From Lama glama (taxonomy: Eukaryota): a stretch of 64,000 nt of DNA. The notes under the pieces were generated by a model that did no database searches, had not been told where the DNA came from, and was given only the letters and a program-made list of their open reading frames with translations. Shown in pieces: positions 28,447 to 40,889 of this stretch; position 1 is the first letter of the stretch; the number at the start of each line of letters is the position of its first letter. The position numbers were made by a program, and so were the translations under genes. The stretch lies in assembly GCA_028534125.1 (NCBI GenBank), contig CM052817.1:104844001-104908000 (forward strand). The letters run 5' to 3'.

Positions 28447-30759
28447 AAGGTAGACATACTTATTAATGCTGTAATACTTTCTATTACAGCATTAATTACC
28501 TAACATGGACTAGAGACAATTTAACATGCAAAAATTATAAAGTGATGGCTATCACATTAGGAAAAATACAAAGTGATATGAGAATATCCAGGAAGGATAT
28601 CTATCCCAGGTGCTGGGTGGGGTGTCCTAGACATTTTCTAGCCATTTTTCCTGGAATAGGGGTTTAAATTTGAGACATGGAGAATGAGCGGAGGCTAACC
28701 GGGTGAGAAAGAGAGGGGAGAATGTTCCAGGAAAAGAAGAGGTTGGATATAAACGAAAGCCCGAGAGATAAGGGATAGTTGGGCATATTGGGAAAGTAAA
28801 GGCTGCTGTGTGGCTGAAATGTAGATTGAAGGCCACCTTGGAGATGTTGGGAGTCACCTGTTCATAGAGTGGAAAACTTTTTTGGGGAATCAAAGAGTAA
28901 TTAAAGGAATTTACTTGAAACCTACATTATATTAGAAAGAAAGAAACTACTGTCTTGTTTGAGCCACTGCATTTTTGTTTCTCTTTGGTATGGCTTACTC
29001 TAGACACTAACTAAAACATTGTGGGAATTCATACAGAAGCTAGGAAAGTTCTAGGAATCTCCAGAATTTGCACCAGACACTTGAATGACTCCATATTGCA
29101 GGCAACATGGCATTGGTGGCTTCATGCTCCCATGTGACAACTTTGTTTCTCTCCTTTCATTGTTCCTGAAAGTTCTGGTGAAGGGTTCTGACTGGCCCCT
29201 CATACGTCCTACACCAGTCACTGTGACCAGGAAACTGAGATTCTAGGATCAGTCCAGTTTGGCTGAGGTTCTTTTTATTTGATCCATTGCTTTGAGGTTT
29301 TGTGAAAACATGATATGTACATTGGATCTTTATGGTGAAGGAGTTTCAGAAGGATCAATTCCTTACTATAACCCAAGAGTCATCCACCAGTGACTTTGTT
29401 CAACCCAAACGACTAGATTTCCAAAAACTCAAACATGGTCATTTTCCAGGTGCCTGAAATAAGTACAGACTGGCTACTTTCACCCTCTGGGAATAGCATC
29501 TTGGCACTATGAGGGAAATAGCATTGATATATTTTCAGAAATGTTACACTATGTCCCTGATTACTCAGAAATCATGACAGCTGTATTTCTCAATTAACTA
29601 ATTTTATGATACATGGAGAGACTCTTGAAAATACTTTTATAGTTTATTTATTATTTGCACATTCTTGATGGCTGGATATGACAAATGATCACTGTTTAGA
29701 AAGCCTGATGAAAACCTCCAATCCAAAGCAACACCATGACCTTTAAAATGGGATTTCAGAAGCTTCCACTAGAGTAGCTGGGAGAAAACCCAGCTGGAAG
29801 TAACCCAAAATTAACCTGGAAGTTTTGTTCTTGCCTCTCAGCTCTACAGGGACAAACTCACTGTTCTGTGAGGGATCCTGTGTGCCCTACCGAAGGATCA
29901 GCCTTGGAGCTGATCCACCAATTGAGGCAGCAATCACTGGTCCTAAATCATGATGTAATTAAAACATATATTTAAAGACATATTTACATATATTAAACAT
30001 ATATTTTCTTTATTTGAAGAAATATAAAGTTTATGTTTCAAAATTCACTGTATAACCTTGAAACTTGGTGGAATTATGCCACTCTTGCCTGGAAAGGACC
30101 CTGAGTCTATAAGCCAAGGAAACTGGCTGTGTTGTAAACAGGCATGATTGACAGGTGACATAAATATTTTGCGCCATTTGTCTCTTTTTCTTTTTGCCAT
30201 GAAATAGCACCTAAAAATGATCCTGGATAAAGCGTGCGTCTTGTGTGCACTAGTTTGGGAAGAATGGAATCTGACATAAACAGGGAAAATGTTATATGTC
30301 TCAATTTCATGCTCAGTACATTAGCGCATGTGGATTTGGAAAGCTCCCATCAGAAATCACGCTGTGACACAGTATAAAGGGTAACAATGGAGAAACGAGT
30401 GTTAGCACCCATCCTGGTACTTAGAAGATTAATGGAAGGAGACCATCTATATCTATGAAAGGGTCTTTGACTTATGAGTTACGGATGCTGGTACCGATGC
30501 AACTTTCCAACCCAAGGAAATTGAAAGGCTTGGCAATTCCACTCTTCTATAAGGAAAAGAGATTGCAGTCTGGGGCTATGAGAATCATTATGAAGAGACA
30601 TGTTCAGTTGATATTGATGACGTTGTGAGGCCCTTCTGATATAACCACTCTATGGGTCATCTTTGTTGGAAATTACAGACAAACCTGAGCAGCACTGACC
30701 TTTACGTCAAAACAGCAATTTGGTTTTTGCTTACCTCTATGAAGCCCATTAGTCTATCC

Positions 30760-31560
30760 TAGGTCCTATATATTCTGATATGCATTTTAGTCTTCAGTTT
30801 TGTAAACTGCCACAAAACATTTTGCAATATTGATGGAATTATCTGAATCTAAAGATACATTTGATGAAAATTAACATCTTTTAAAATATCAAGTGGCCCA
30901 AATCACGAATAAGGACTAGTTCTCCATTTACTTGGGTTCTCTTTAATTTTTCTTACTATAGTTTCCTTATACACACACACACAAACACACACACACACAC
31001 AGAGTTTTTGTAGTGTTGCTTTTTTACTTTTTTTACACAAATAGTATCATACTATAGATATTATTCTCCAATTATTTTAACAATAATGCATCTTGAAGAT
31101 TTTGTAGAACTAATACATACTTTTAAAATACTTTCTTGCACTGCCCAGTACAAATATACTATAATTTATTTAACAATTTTCTTATTGGTGCACATTTATA
31201 TTTCTAGTTTTTCACTATCATAAACAAAGCTGCAATGAACGTCATAGTCCATGTGGATGATAAATACTTATAAGCAGACTTACTTGGTTAAAATGTATGA
31301 GCACTTTAAATCTTTAATTTTCTGTATCTCTATTCTATTTTCAATACATATGAATATCTTTCATGTGCAATTTTCTTCCAGTAGAGTTTTTGGAGTTGAT
31401 TCCTACTTTTTTATAGTTTTGTTGAATTTTCCTGTTATATTTACAATTTGATTATTGCTAGTGATTGAAAAGTTATTGGATTTGTGTCAGTATTCTATAT
31501 GGCTACCTTATTGAACTGTCTTGTATGTGTCGATAACTTGGGAACTAGGTTATAGCTTAC
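30760..31560 (-). mobile_element. Ancient L1 (L1ME-like) fragments
   Basis: GATGGAATTATCTGAATCT..; TAATTTATTTAAC..; AACAAAGCTGCAATGAAC. Confidence 0.6.
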
Positions 31561-33961
31561 TGAAGAAGAAAACTTTTTATCTTGTCTGGTAGATATGAAA
31601 TTTGTCTCAGAGCAGATGTCGTAGCAAATATTGTAAATATTGTATTCCATTAACTCTCTGCTCTGCTCTGGGCTCATACATGTGGCTGGTGAAAAACTTA
31701 ATAACCATTAACAGTGAGCCTTTCTCTGCCCACGCATTGGATTAAGAAATAATCCAACGTTTCATTTGATTCCAGACATTAGAGTGAGGGAAGAAAGACT
31801 GTTGACAATGTTTATTGCAAAGTAACTTGGCTTCCTTTTTTTGAGTGTACATTGTCAATAGAAAACTGCAAACAATAATGCAAACAAAATATATTTTTTT
31901 TTACCTTAACAAATTGTCCTGCCTCACATCTTCGAAGCCCTCTTATACTCTGACTCACCTTACCAAATCCATCCTGTCTCGTGCTCATTTCCAGTAGGGC
32001 CTTCATCTCCTGTTTTATCTCTGTCTTCTTCTGCACTCGTCCCTTCCCCATTCATCACCTTGTGGATAGTGGCTTCATCGAGAATATCCTTCTTCTTTTG
32101 CCCAGTTTTCAAACCCTCTGGTCATGTTTCAGTTATTGCCATTTTTCTTAGTACCTCAAGAAAACTAGACCTCACAGGTTTTCAATTAGCACTTGCTGAA
32201 GTGAGTAGAAATTGGTTAATGAAACACTAGATAAATCCAAGTGTTTAGTGTTTGTAGTTCAATAGTCTTTTTCTGGTCACCCGGTCGCCACCAAATAGCT
32301 TGTGGAATAGCCATTGAGTGCACCCTTCTAAAGGAGTCCGGAGTAAGTTGTTTGGTTTTTCATTGTGGTTCTAAATGGGGCATAAGGCAAGGAGATTGCT
32401 TAAATCTTCTGCATTCCAGTATAACTCTGCTATATCCAGTAACACAGCAAAGGTTCAGACATAATTATAATATCCTACTGGACGAGGGGTTAGGAGTTCA
32501 GCTTTAAAATAACCATGGAACAAGGTGAAGGTGAGATGAGATTATCAATACAATATATTTATTAATAATAAGCCTCCCTAAATAATCTAGAACACAAAAA
32601 TCTATTTGCACAGACTCCAACGACTAGTGAAAGGATGAACCCTGAGAAATTTAGCATTGTTAATTCTAATTTCTTAAACTCAATTTTTACATAGCAAAGG
32701 GCTAATTTATTTTTCTTGATGCATATATCAAAAGATAACTATGTAAAGCCAGATAGTAGATTGATTTTGGTAAAGCAGATGATAAAAGAAGAGATAATCT
32801 GAAGAGACCTTTCTTTGGGAAACTAAGTTTTAATTCTTTGATAGGATTAGTACTGCAGGGTGAAATGGTATCTTTTTCCTGTATATCCTTGAGTCTGTGT
32901 TCCTACGCACGTCCAGAAAACACGGACTAGCACAGCTATTCACCGCATTCTGACCAGAGACCGATTAGAGGAATGAGACATTCTCAGGCCAAATATTATA
33001 CCACCCAAATGAGGAGTGGTGTGAAAATTTAGGTCCTTTAGCTGGATTAGAGATCATTTAAATCATATGGCAAGTATACTCTGCTGGGAACAAAAGGGTT
33101 GTGTAAAAATATGTGAAAAATGATCTTCAAGAGATACAGTGAATTCATGTTAAATAGAATTATTTTAAAGACAACAATTTAGATTAACAGAATCAGGTGA
33201 TGGGATGCTGAGCCGAAAACCTTCCTCAAATCGAAGGAAAAAATGAAGAAGCTAATTGGGTAAAATTTTACCACCTTAAGGTCTTATTTTCATACTCTTT
33301 TTTTACAGTAGTCTATCAGTTCAGCTTTACTTTTAGTTTTTAGCCACTGGGTAATTTAAATATTAATTAGTGATTTGAATATAAGGTGTACTTGGTTACA
33401 ATCACATAGTGATGTAAAATTTCTAAAATTCTAGCCATTTAGGTCGTGTACTAATGATTAGTAACCTTCCACTGTGAATACAGTATCCTGATGAATTTTG
33501 ATAAGGCAGGAGAAAGAAAATTTACATACTTTCATTAAATGAAACACAAAATTAAACACACTCGAATCCGTTTCTAATGATTGGATCGTAAAACAGTTTC
33601 CTCTCAAAGGCTTAAAGCTCCCATTTCTACATCTGGCAGTTGAAGACATTCTCTCTGCCCTCAAAATATGGGGAAAATAGTATTGACTGCTCCTCAGTTG
33701 AACAGTTTTTGAAAATATATCAAAATTTATTATGCACCTGTAAAGTAGTTGTTTGAAGCACAGTGCTTGGCAGAAAGAAAGTATTAAACAATAAAGAAAG
33801 CATCTTTGGTAGTGAGAAAGCGTGGAGGTTGAGCAGTAATTTCAGCATGCATGTTTTGTGTCACTGTGGAATTCTTCAGATAACTGCAAATCTCATAAAG
33901 ATCAGTCTATGCCTGTCTGCTTAGAGTCTTCATTTCTAAGAATAAGAATGTGTGGATTTTA

Positions 33962-34170
33962 AATTAAAATTTTTATTGAGGTATAATTGATATATAACAT
34001 GATGTTAGTTTCAGGCGTACAACAGAAAGATTTTGATGTTGCTGCAATATGATCACCATGATAAGCCTAGTTAACATACATAGTTACAAACTTTTTGGGG
34101 TGTGATGAGAACTTTTAAGATCTACTCTCTTAGCAACTTTCAAATAGACAATACAGTATAATTAATTATC
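33962..34170 (-). mobile_element. L1 3'UTR fragment
   Basis: TTTATTGAGGTATAATTGA..GAGAACTTTTAAGATCTACTCTCTTAGCAACTTTCAAAT. Confidence 0.8.
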
Positions 34171-34239
34171 AATTTTAGAGTTGATTTTTACCAAACTCTT
34201 TGGAAGATGAATATTTTTATCAATTTAAAAGATGATACG

Positions 34240-34338
34240 TGGGGGAAATAGCTTAGTGGCAGAGCACATGTTTAGCATGCATGAGGTCCTGGGTTCAATC
34301 CCCAGGACCTCCATTAAAAAAAAATAAAAATTAAAAAA
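34240..34338 (+). mobile_element. Camelid tRNA-derived SINE
   Basis: A box TAGCTTAGTGG, B box GGTTCAATCCC, A-rich tail. Confidence 0.9.
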
Positions 34339-34559
34339 GGACTGTTGTGTGTCAAATGTTCTCAAGCTCTTGATCTTTCTGAACCATTGTTCAGATATTA
34401 ATTTATACCTCCTTGAACTTAAAAACTAATAAAGGAAGACCAGAAGTTGTTTTAAATGGCAATGACATTCAAGAAAAAGAAACACTTATGACCAAATATA
34501 AAATGCAATACAAACAATCACCACAGCACTGTATGGCTAGGCTGTATGCGCCATCAGAG

Positions 34560-34709
34560 TAGCTCACGTAATCTCTGCAGCTCTTTGAGGAAAGCTCTCT
34601 TATTATTCCAGATGAGGGAACTGAATTTACAGAGGTAAATTATTCAAAGTCCCTCACTGAAGATTTAGACTTAGGTCTGTTCAACTCCAGGGATGCACTC
34701 AGTCACATA
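34560..34709 (-). mobile_element. MIR, host of the ERV insertion
   Basis: CAGATGAGGGAACTGA..CAGAGGTAAA..GATTTAGACTTAGGTCTG; appears to resume after 40889. Confidence 0.6.
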
Positions 34710-35080
34710 TGTTAAAAACAAGACAATGGGCCCAAATTCATTCTCTTACACTAAGCTCCACATCACTGAACTGAGACTTAACTACAGTTTTGAGCCTAAG
34801 GGAATCTTAGCCCAGTCAATCAGGAGCTGCCTGATCAGCACTAGTGAGGTCATCTGCCTGATAGAGTCCTCCCATCCCCTAAAGAAAGATAACTTTGCTA
34901 CGATCAGTCCCCTTTTTGCCAGTATGACTTCCTTTTTCCTTTTCTCTCCTGCCTATGACAGTCTTCCATTTTGTACAGCTTCTTTTCATCAGCTAGGTGG
35001 GATGCTGCTAAGTTCATAAATTGTTGAATAAAGCCAAACATATCTTTAAAATTTACTAAGGGGAATTTTGATTTTTGACA
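34710..35080 (+). mobile_element. 5' LTR (MER89/MER90/MER110-like)
   Basis: TGTTAAAAAC...AATAAAGCC...TTTTTGACA. Confidence 0.85.
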
Positions 35081-35084
35081 GTTT

Positions 35085-35102
35085 TGGTGGCAGCAGTGGG
35101 AT
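35085..35102 (+). promoter_or_regulatory. Primer-binding site, tRNA-Leu
   Basis: TGGTGGCAGCAGTGGGAT, 4 nt after the LTR; complementary to the recalled tRNA-Leu(AAG) 3' end (TGGTGGCAGCGGTGGGAT) with one mismatch. Confidence 0.8.
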
Positions 35103-35732
35103 CTGAAGGTGACTTTAGATGGCTCTGGGTAAATTCCTATCAGTTCTGAGCTCTGCTCTCTTTGTATTTATCTTCTGATTTAATTGGTTTTTCAGTTCAG
35201 GGTGATTGGGCTTAAACTAGGAGTCTATTTCACCCAGAACCCCAGCCCCTAGCCCTAGGTTTAGTCTGCAGTCCCATTTGTTAGGATTTTCTGGCTCAGC
35301 CCCCAGTTCCACACTGGGAAATGCTGATTGTTCGCACCTAAGTTCTTCTCTTGGCCAATGTACAGTGTCATCTCTTTGATTACTACTGGTGTCCACAGCT
35401 CTGTTTCCTTGGTTTATGTTGGGTTCTGTTAACATGCATAAGAGGTAAATGCTATTGTTAATGGAAATCTTGGAAGCTCAAAGTTGCAAAACTCATGGGC
35501 AGAGGTAGAGCACCTAAAAGCCATTAGACTGCTCACCACTTAACACTAAGGCTCTGTGTTAAGATAAGTTGGTCATGCAGTGGATTCGATTGACACCAGG
35601 ACACTTGCCAAACTCAAGAAAATTTCTGAGCAATGTGGTACATTGTAAAACACTACAAAATCCCCAGCCCAGCAGCACATCCCTCGCAGGTACTAATTTT
35701 AGCTATAAGACACCCAAAGCTTAGCTAAATAA

Positions 35733-37107
35733 ATGAGAGCCTCAAGTTTCAAAGAATTCAACACATCACTTTCTGGGACACCTGCTTATTTTCTGTCTGT
35801 GGTCCCAGAAGCTGTAAATATCTACAAAAATGTCAAGATCTTACTAAAGACAACCTAGAATTACAATGACAATTATGGGGAATGTTCCAATGAATGTTCC
35901 AAGATGGTTTACCTAAGAAGTACACTTGAAAGCAAGAGAGCCCCAATTAAACAAACAGAATGGAATACCTATTTTAATGCCTATGTAGAAGCTTCTAGAA
36001 AGCATCAAGATTCCAAAATAGTTTCATTGAAAGATATGTTGCAAAAAGCTAATGGAAAATTAAAGGCACGAGAGGCACCTAAAATAGGGTGACAATAAGA
36101 TTGTTAGTAAGATGGTTGTGACTTCTGTTCCCCTCTCTGCTCCTTAACTTGAGTTTTCATGTTCTACCAATTCTCTACCTCATGCCTCTCCACCCTGAAG
36201 ACCTTTTAAACTAAGGCCACCCAAGGCTGCAAATGATCATCTTCAGCTATCTTTTTCACCTTGGTCAAAGGCCAAATTAAGGGCCCTAGTGACATAATTC
36301 CCTGAACACACAGGGAGGATCCCCAAAAGTTTTCTGAAGTATTTAGAATCCTTCTCAGGGCCTATGACCCCAGGCTGCCAGATCTTTATCAGCTTGTGTT
36401 CCTGCTGGTAGGACCTGGGGAAGCCCCAGAATAGATGCTGGAGGCAGAATGATATAACCCCAAGGAAGACAATTGAGATCCTCGGTCTTCAATATGGTTC
36501 CTTATAGGCCAGAAAAAGCTTCAAAATAGTAACCAATCTTTTAAAAGCCATTCCTAGAGTCTTTCCTGCTCACGCTAATTAGTTCATTACTCAAACCTGC
36601 AAACAAAAGAAAGATGGACGTGTGGCAGACTTTCACACCTGTCTGAAAGGTCTCTTCCTGTGGCATTTTGGGTTTCACCCAACAGATGGTGCTCCCCAAC
36701 CTTCTCTAGCTGCCTTGCTTGTCAACAGATTATCTCCTGAGACTAGTGGACTGAGTAGAAGGCAGAAAAGATGGTGGGAAGCCACGGGTCTGGCTGAATT
36801 CATAGCCATAGGTGGTCACTTTGAAAGCACCTTGGAACAAGACCACAAACAAAAATCTGCCAAGTTGTTAGCCTTACAGCTGCGGTGGCTCCAAGGCCAG
36901 AAAATTAAAATGACACCTGGGCTTCTCCAATCGCACATCCTAAAGGCCCATCATCAAAACAATGGCCCAGGAATAAGTCTCTCATTTGTTGTCAACTGGG
37001 ACATTGGAAAAAAATATTGCCCTCAATGGCCTTGTGTAGATCCTTCAACACCATCTTGAATGCTCCCTTCCAAATTGGTTCCCTATGGGTACCCTTCCCA
37101 GAGATGA
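35733..37107 (+). pseudogene. gag: ERV gag, disrupted
   Basis: LTKDNLELQ*QLWG; FSPWSK; YDPRLPDLYQLV; MHR-like CKQKKDGRVADF; decayed CCHC knuckle SLICCQLGHWKK/YCP at 36978-37023. Confidence 0.85.
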
Positions 37108-37536
37108 TGAGTCTCTGAGAGGTTCTCTTGTAAGCTGCTCCCAGTTGTTCCCTTAAACAGCCAAGAGGAAACTAAAATTAAAATTAGTGGAAAACCTAGC
37201 CAGCTTCTAGTAAATACTAGAGCCAGGCACTCTAAACCTCACACTCATAGGACAACAAATCCCTCAGATAAAAAAAAAAAAAAAGTTTCCATAGTGGGAG
37301 TAGCCAGTAAGTTCAGAGAATTTCTGTCTCAACCAGTGCAAGTGACTCGGATTTTTTTCACTAAAAACATTCATTTTCGCTGTGTAACACGGCCTAAATT
37401 AATCTATTAGTTAGAAATACCCTCTTCAAATTAAAAAGCTAGTATGTTTTGCCTCTAACAGAGACCTCATTTTAGAAGTTTCTGGCCAAGCTGAATCAGA
37501 TCGTTCATGTTTTTTAAAAATAAAGGCAAATTGGTA

Positions 37537-37655
37537 CAGACCTCACTTTACTGCATTTCACTTTATTATGCTTTGCAAATGTTGTGTTTTCTACAAATTG
37601 AAGGTTTATGGCAATTAGTCTATTGGCACCATTTTTTCCCAATAGCATTTGCTCA
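37537..37655 (+). mobile_element. Tigger1 5' fragment inside pol
   Basis: TA|CAGACCTCACTTTACTGCATTTCACTTTATT..TACAAATTGAAGGTTTATGGCAA..GGCACCATTTTT. Confidence 0.8.
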
Positions 37656-38531
37656 GTTACCAAAGAAGCATCCATAAAGGATTTTATTTATTTGCTGCAG
37701 CAGTTAGCTGAAGGACATAAAGGTCCGAGGAGAAACTACAGTTCTCTGTAGACACTGTTCACTGCTTAGATCATAATCCAAGCACTGAAGGAATCCAGCC
37801 AACCTCATAGAGAATTCAACTAATCCAGGAATTCCCTGGGCCCAGAACTAAGAGACAGCTGCAAGTTTCCTGAGGCTGACTGATTGCTGCAGACTGCAGC
37901 TTTCTCAGTTTTCTCTATCAGCTTCCCCGCTTTATGAACTTATTAAAATTTCAGTCCCTGAGCCCCTTTCTTGGAAGGTAAACATGCCTTCGTAAGACTA
38001 AAGCAAGTACTGCAAGGACCACTAGCCCGAGGTCTACCCGACTGTCCAAAGACATCAGCCTGATTGGAGCATGAAAGAGACAGCCGCGCCCGGGGAGGGC
38101 CCACGTGGGGACACGGTAATGAACACAGGCCTCTTGCCTGTTACAGCAGGCAGCTTGAGTGTGTGGCTCACGTCTACCCCAGCTGCCTTATGGCTGTAAC
38201 TGCAGCTGCAAAAACAGCAGAAGGCTCAGTGAATTTAACCCTAGGGAGCGACATCTATTAACAGTCTCCTCGGGCTGGCCGAAGTCTTCTGAATTCTGAG
38301 CTGACTCAGCATTTCTCCCAAGCAGACTAACCTCCCAAGAGACCCTTCTTCTGCTTTTCCCACCTTAGCTGCATTTTAAACGTGGCAACATTCTTAATCT
38401 CGTTTCTACTCCCACTTGATGGGGTCAAATGACAGCCAGGGTAATGACGTCTCACTTCGTGATGCTATGTCCTGAATTACCAGTCTTCTTTTTTTGACTT
38501 ACCCTGACCTAATTTTGTTTGTTGATGGGTC

Positions 38532-39043
38532 TGTGAAGGGAAAATGCTGCCTGCCGTGTCTGTAAATAAAGGATGCTGTGGCCATCAAGTCATCAGCCAC
38601 TGTTTTTGCCCCCGATGGTGAGCAGGAGGGAATTCAGGATGCAGACAAGCAGGCAGCTTGGCCTCTGCCACCACCTCCAATAGTGTCCCTTGAGGGGACT
38701 CAGGACAGGAAAGAACAAGATACTGGCCCTAGATGGTTAAGGCGCACATCAAAGGAATGATTTCAATGAACCCAGACTCTTGTATCTTCCCATACATAGA
38801 AAAGAGCCAAATTCCTAAACCTGAGATATCTGGTTTGCTTTACTTAACAGTAATCTTTTGATGTCGTGACTACCTAGTCTTTGTTGCAAAACGTCCTATA
38901 TATCCTGGCTCCTCCCCTGCCTCTTCAGAGCTGTCCCTCAGAGTGATCTAAAAGGCTGTCATCCTGGGCTTGAAATCCTCAGTAAGTCTGTTGAATAAAA
39001 CATAACTCCCAACTTTTAGGTTGTGTGGATTTTTCAACTGACA
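38532..39043 (+). mobile_element. Solo ERV1 LTR of a different family inserted in RNase H
   Basis: TGTGAAGGG...CTGACA; TATA near 38897; AATAAA near 38995; flanks GGTC/GTTC; splits the FVDG|S motif. Confidence 0.9.
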
Positions 39044-40632
39044 GTTCACACTGTAAAAAGGAAAGAAGGAACGTCCAAGCCGGCTGTGCAGTTACTGCCC
39101 AGTATGAACTACTTGTGAGGGTAAGTCTCCCACAAGGTGTGTCAGCCCAGCAGAGTTCCACCTTACCTGAGCCATTACCACCATTACCAACATTACCCAG
39201 TGATGAGAAGGACAAACCATTAATATTTATCCTGACAGCTGCTATGCCTGTGGAGTGGTCCATGATTTGGGGGATGCTATGGAAACAGAGGGGTTTTCTT
39301 ATGTCCTCTGAGACTCCAATCAAAAATGGAAAGCAAGTGAACAGCCTTCTTGCTGCTATTCTCTTACTTTCTGAGATAGCTGTCATCAAAGTTGAGCCGA
39401 CACTAGAGAGAGGGAACCCGAGTGTTGGAGAAATCCCCTGCCTGCCTGCCTTTCATGTGAAGGCAGCAGCAATGGAATCTATAAAGGTTGTGGTACCTGC
39501 GGATGAGATGTCTATGCTGCTTATGCAAAAATTACTCCTTGTCATCAGCCTTTCACCACTCTGATGTCCTTGTGACATAACAAGTCTACTTCTGAATCAG
39601 AGAAATGACTTCTCTGACTGAATCAGAGAAATAAACAATGGTTGTAAATTCTATGAACACCCGGGGCTACAGGAAACCCAAGGTGGTTGTTTGGTTCTCC
39701 TTTGCTCCCTGCAGAACCCTATCTTTCAGTTCTCACATTCTTTCACCTACCGTGGTGCAGCTAAGAGGACTCAAATTGTGAATAGACTTTGGTGGGGAAG
39801 CTTCTATAAAACTGCAAAAACAACTCACTTCCAATGTCTGATCTGTCAATTCCATAATCCCAGACAACCTATTTTTGTTTCCAGAGGCCTCAAACTTCCT
39901 CCTTCTCGACAATTTGAGCACCTGGACTTTGTTCAACTGTCACCAGGATGGGTTATCAATACGTTCTTATTGTGATAGCTATGTTTTCAGGATAGGTTGA
40001 AGCCTTCTGCCACAAGACTGATACCTTCACAGTGCCCAAAAAACTATTAGAAAATGTGTTTTCACTTGAAGTATGCCCTCTGCAATCTCTAGTGATTTAG
40101 GCACCTACTTTCCTGGGTAAATCATACAAGCTNNNNNNNNNNNNNNNNNNNNNNNNNNNNNNNNNNNNNNNNNNNNNNNNNNNNNNNNNNNNNNNNNNNN
40201 NNNNNNNNNNNNNNNNNNNNNNNNNNNNNNNNNNNNNNNNNNNNNNNNNNNNNNNNNNNNNNNNNNNNNNNNNNNNNNNNNNNNNNNNNNNNNNNNNNNN
40301 NNNNNNNNNNNNNNNNNNNNNNNNNNNNNNNNNNNNNNNNNNNNNNNNNNNNNNNNNNNNNNNNNNNNNNNNNNNNNNNNNNNNNNNNNNNNNNNNNNNN
40401 NNNNNNNNNNNNNNNNNNNNNNNNNNNNNNNNNNNNNNNNNNNNNNNNNNNNNNNNNNNNNNNNNNNNNNNNNNNNNNNNNNNNNNNNNNNNNNNNNNNN
40501 NNNNNNNNNNNNNNNNNNNNNNNNNNNNNNNNNNNNNNNNNNNNNNNNNNNNNNNNNNNNNNNNNNNNNNNNNNNNNNNNNNNNNNNNNNNNNNNNNNNN
40601 NNNNNNNNNNNNNNNNNNNNNNNNNNNNNNNN

Positions 40633-40889
40633 GGTCAGCACTGGTGAGGTGATTTGCCAGATAGATCCCCGCCTTTCCCTAAAGGAAACTGACCTTGCCA
40701 AGACCAATCCACATTTTGCCAGCATGACTTCCTTGCTCCCAATCCCTTCTGCTTAGAAAAGTCTTTTCTTTTGTGCAGCTTTTTGGAGCATCTCCCTGTC
40801 TAAAATGGGATGTTGCCCCATTCATGTGTTGTTGAGTAAAGCCAGTGAGATCTTTAAAATGTTGTATTTTTTTTGTATTTTTTTTAACA
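40633..40889 (+). mobile_element. 3' LTR (5' part lost in the gap)
   Basis: Homologous to 34834-35080 (TCAGCACT.GTGAGGT, TTTTGCCAG.ATGACTTCCTT, TAAAGCCA..ATCTTTAAAAT); ends TAACA. Confidence 0.85.

Larger units (their letters stand above)
37108..40132 (+). pseudogene. pol: ERV pro-pol, disrupted (RT core deleted)
   Basis: Protease LLVNTRA (from LVDTGA) at 37204-37224; RT thumb PRTKRQL..FL(R)LT; RNase H LILFVDG, SAQQ, WKQRGFL..PIKNG; integrase HHCC (CLICQFHNP) and ISSDLGTYF. Confidence 0.9.
34710..40889 (+). mobile_element. Degenerate class I (ERV1) provirus: LTR-PBS-gag-pro-pol-[gap]-LTR
   Basis: TG..CA LTRs at both ends sharing sequence blocks; flanks CATA/CTTA; retroviral protein motifs in the expected order. 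Confidence 0.9.

Noticed and set aside
34240..34315. tRNA gene
   Set aside because: tRNA-like A/B boxes, but with an A-rich tail and four diverged copies elsewhere in the window, so it is a SINE.
36622..39564. ORFs of 145 and 179 aa as domesticated Gag or Pol proteins
   Set aside because: Frameshifted fragments with non-ATG starts; catalytic and zinc-binding residues are mutated.
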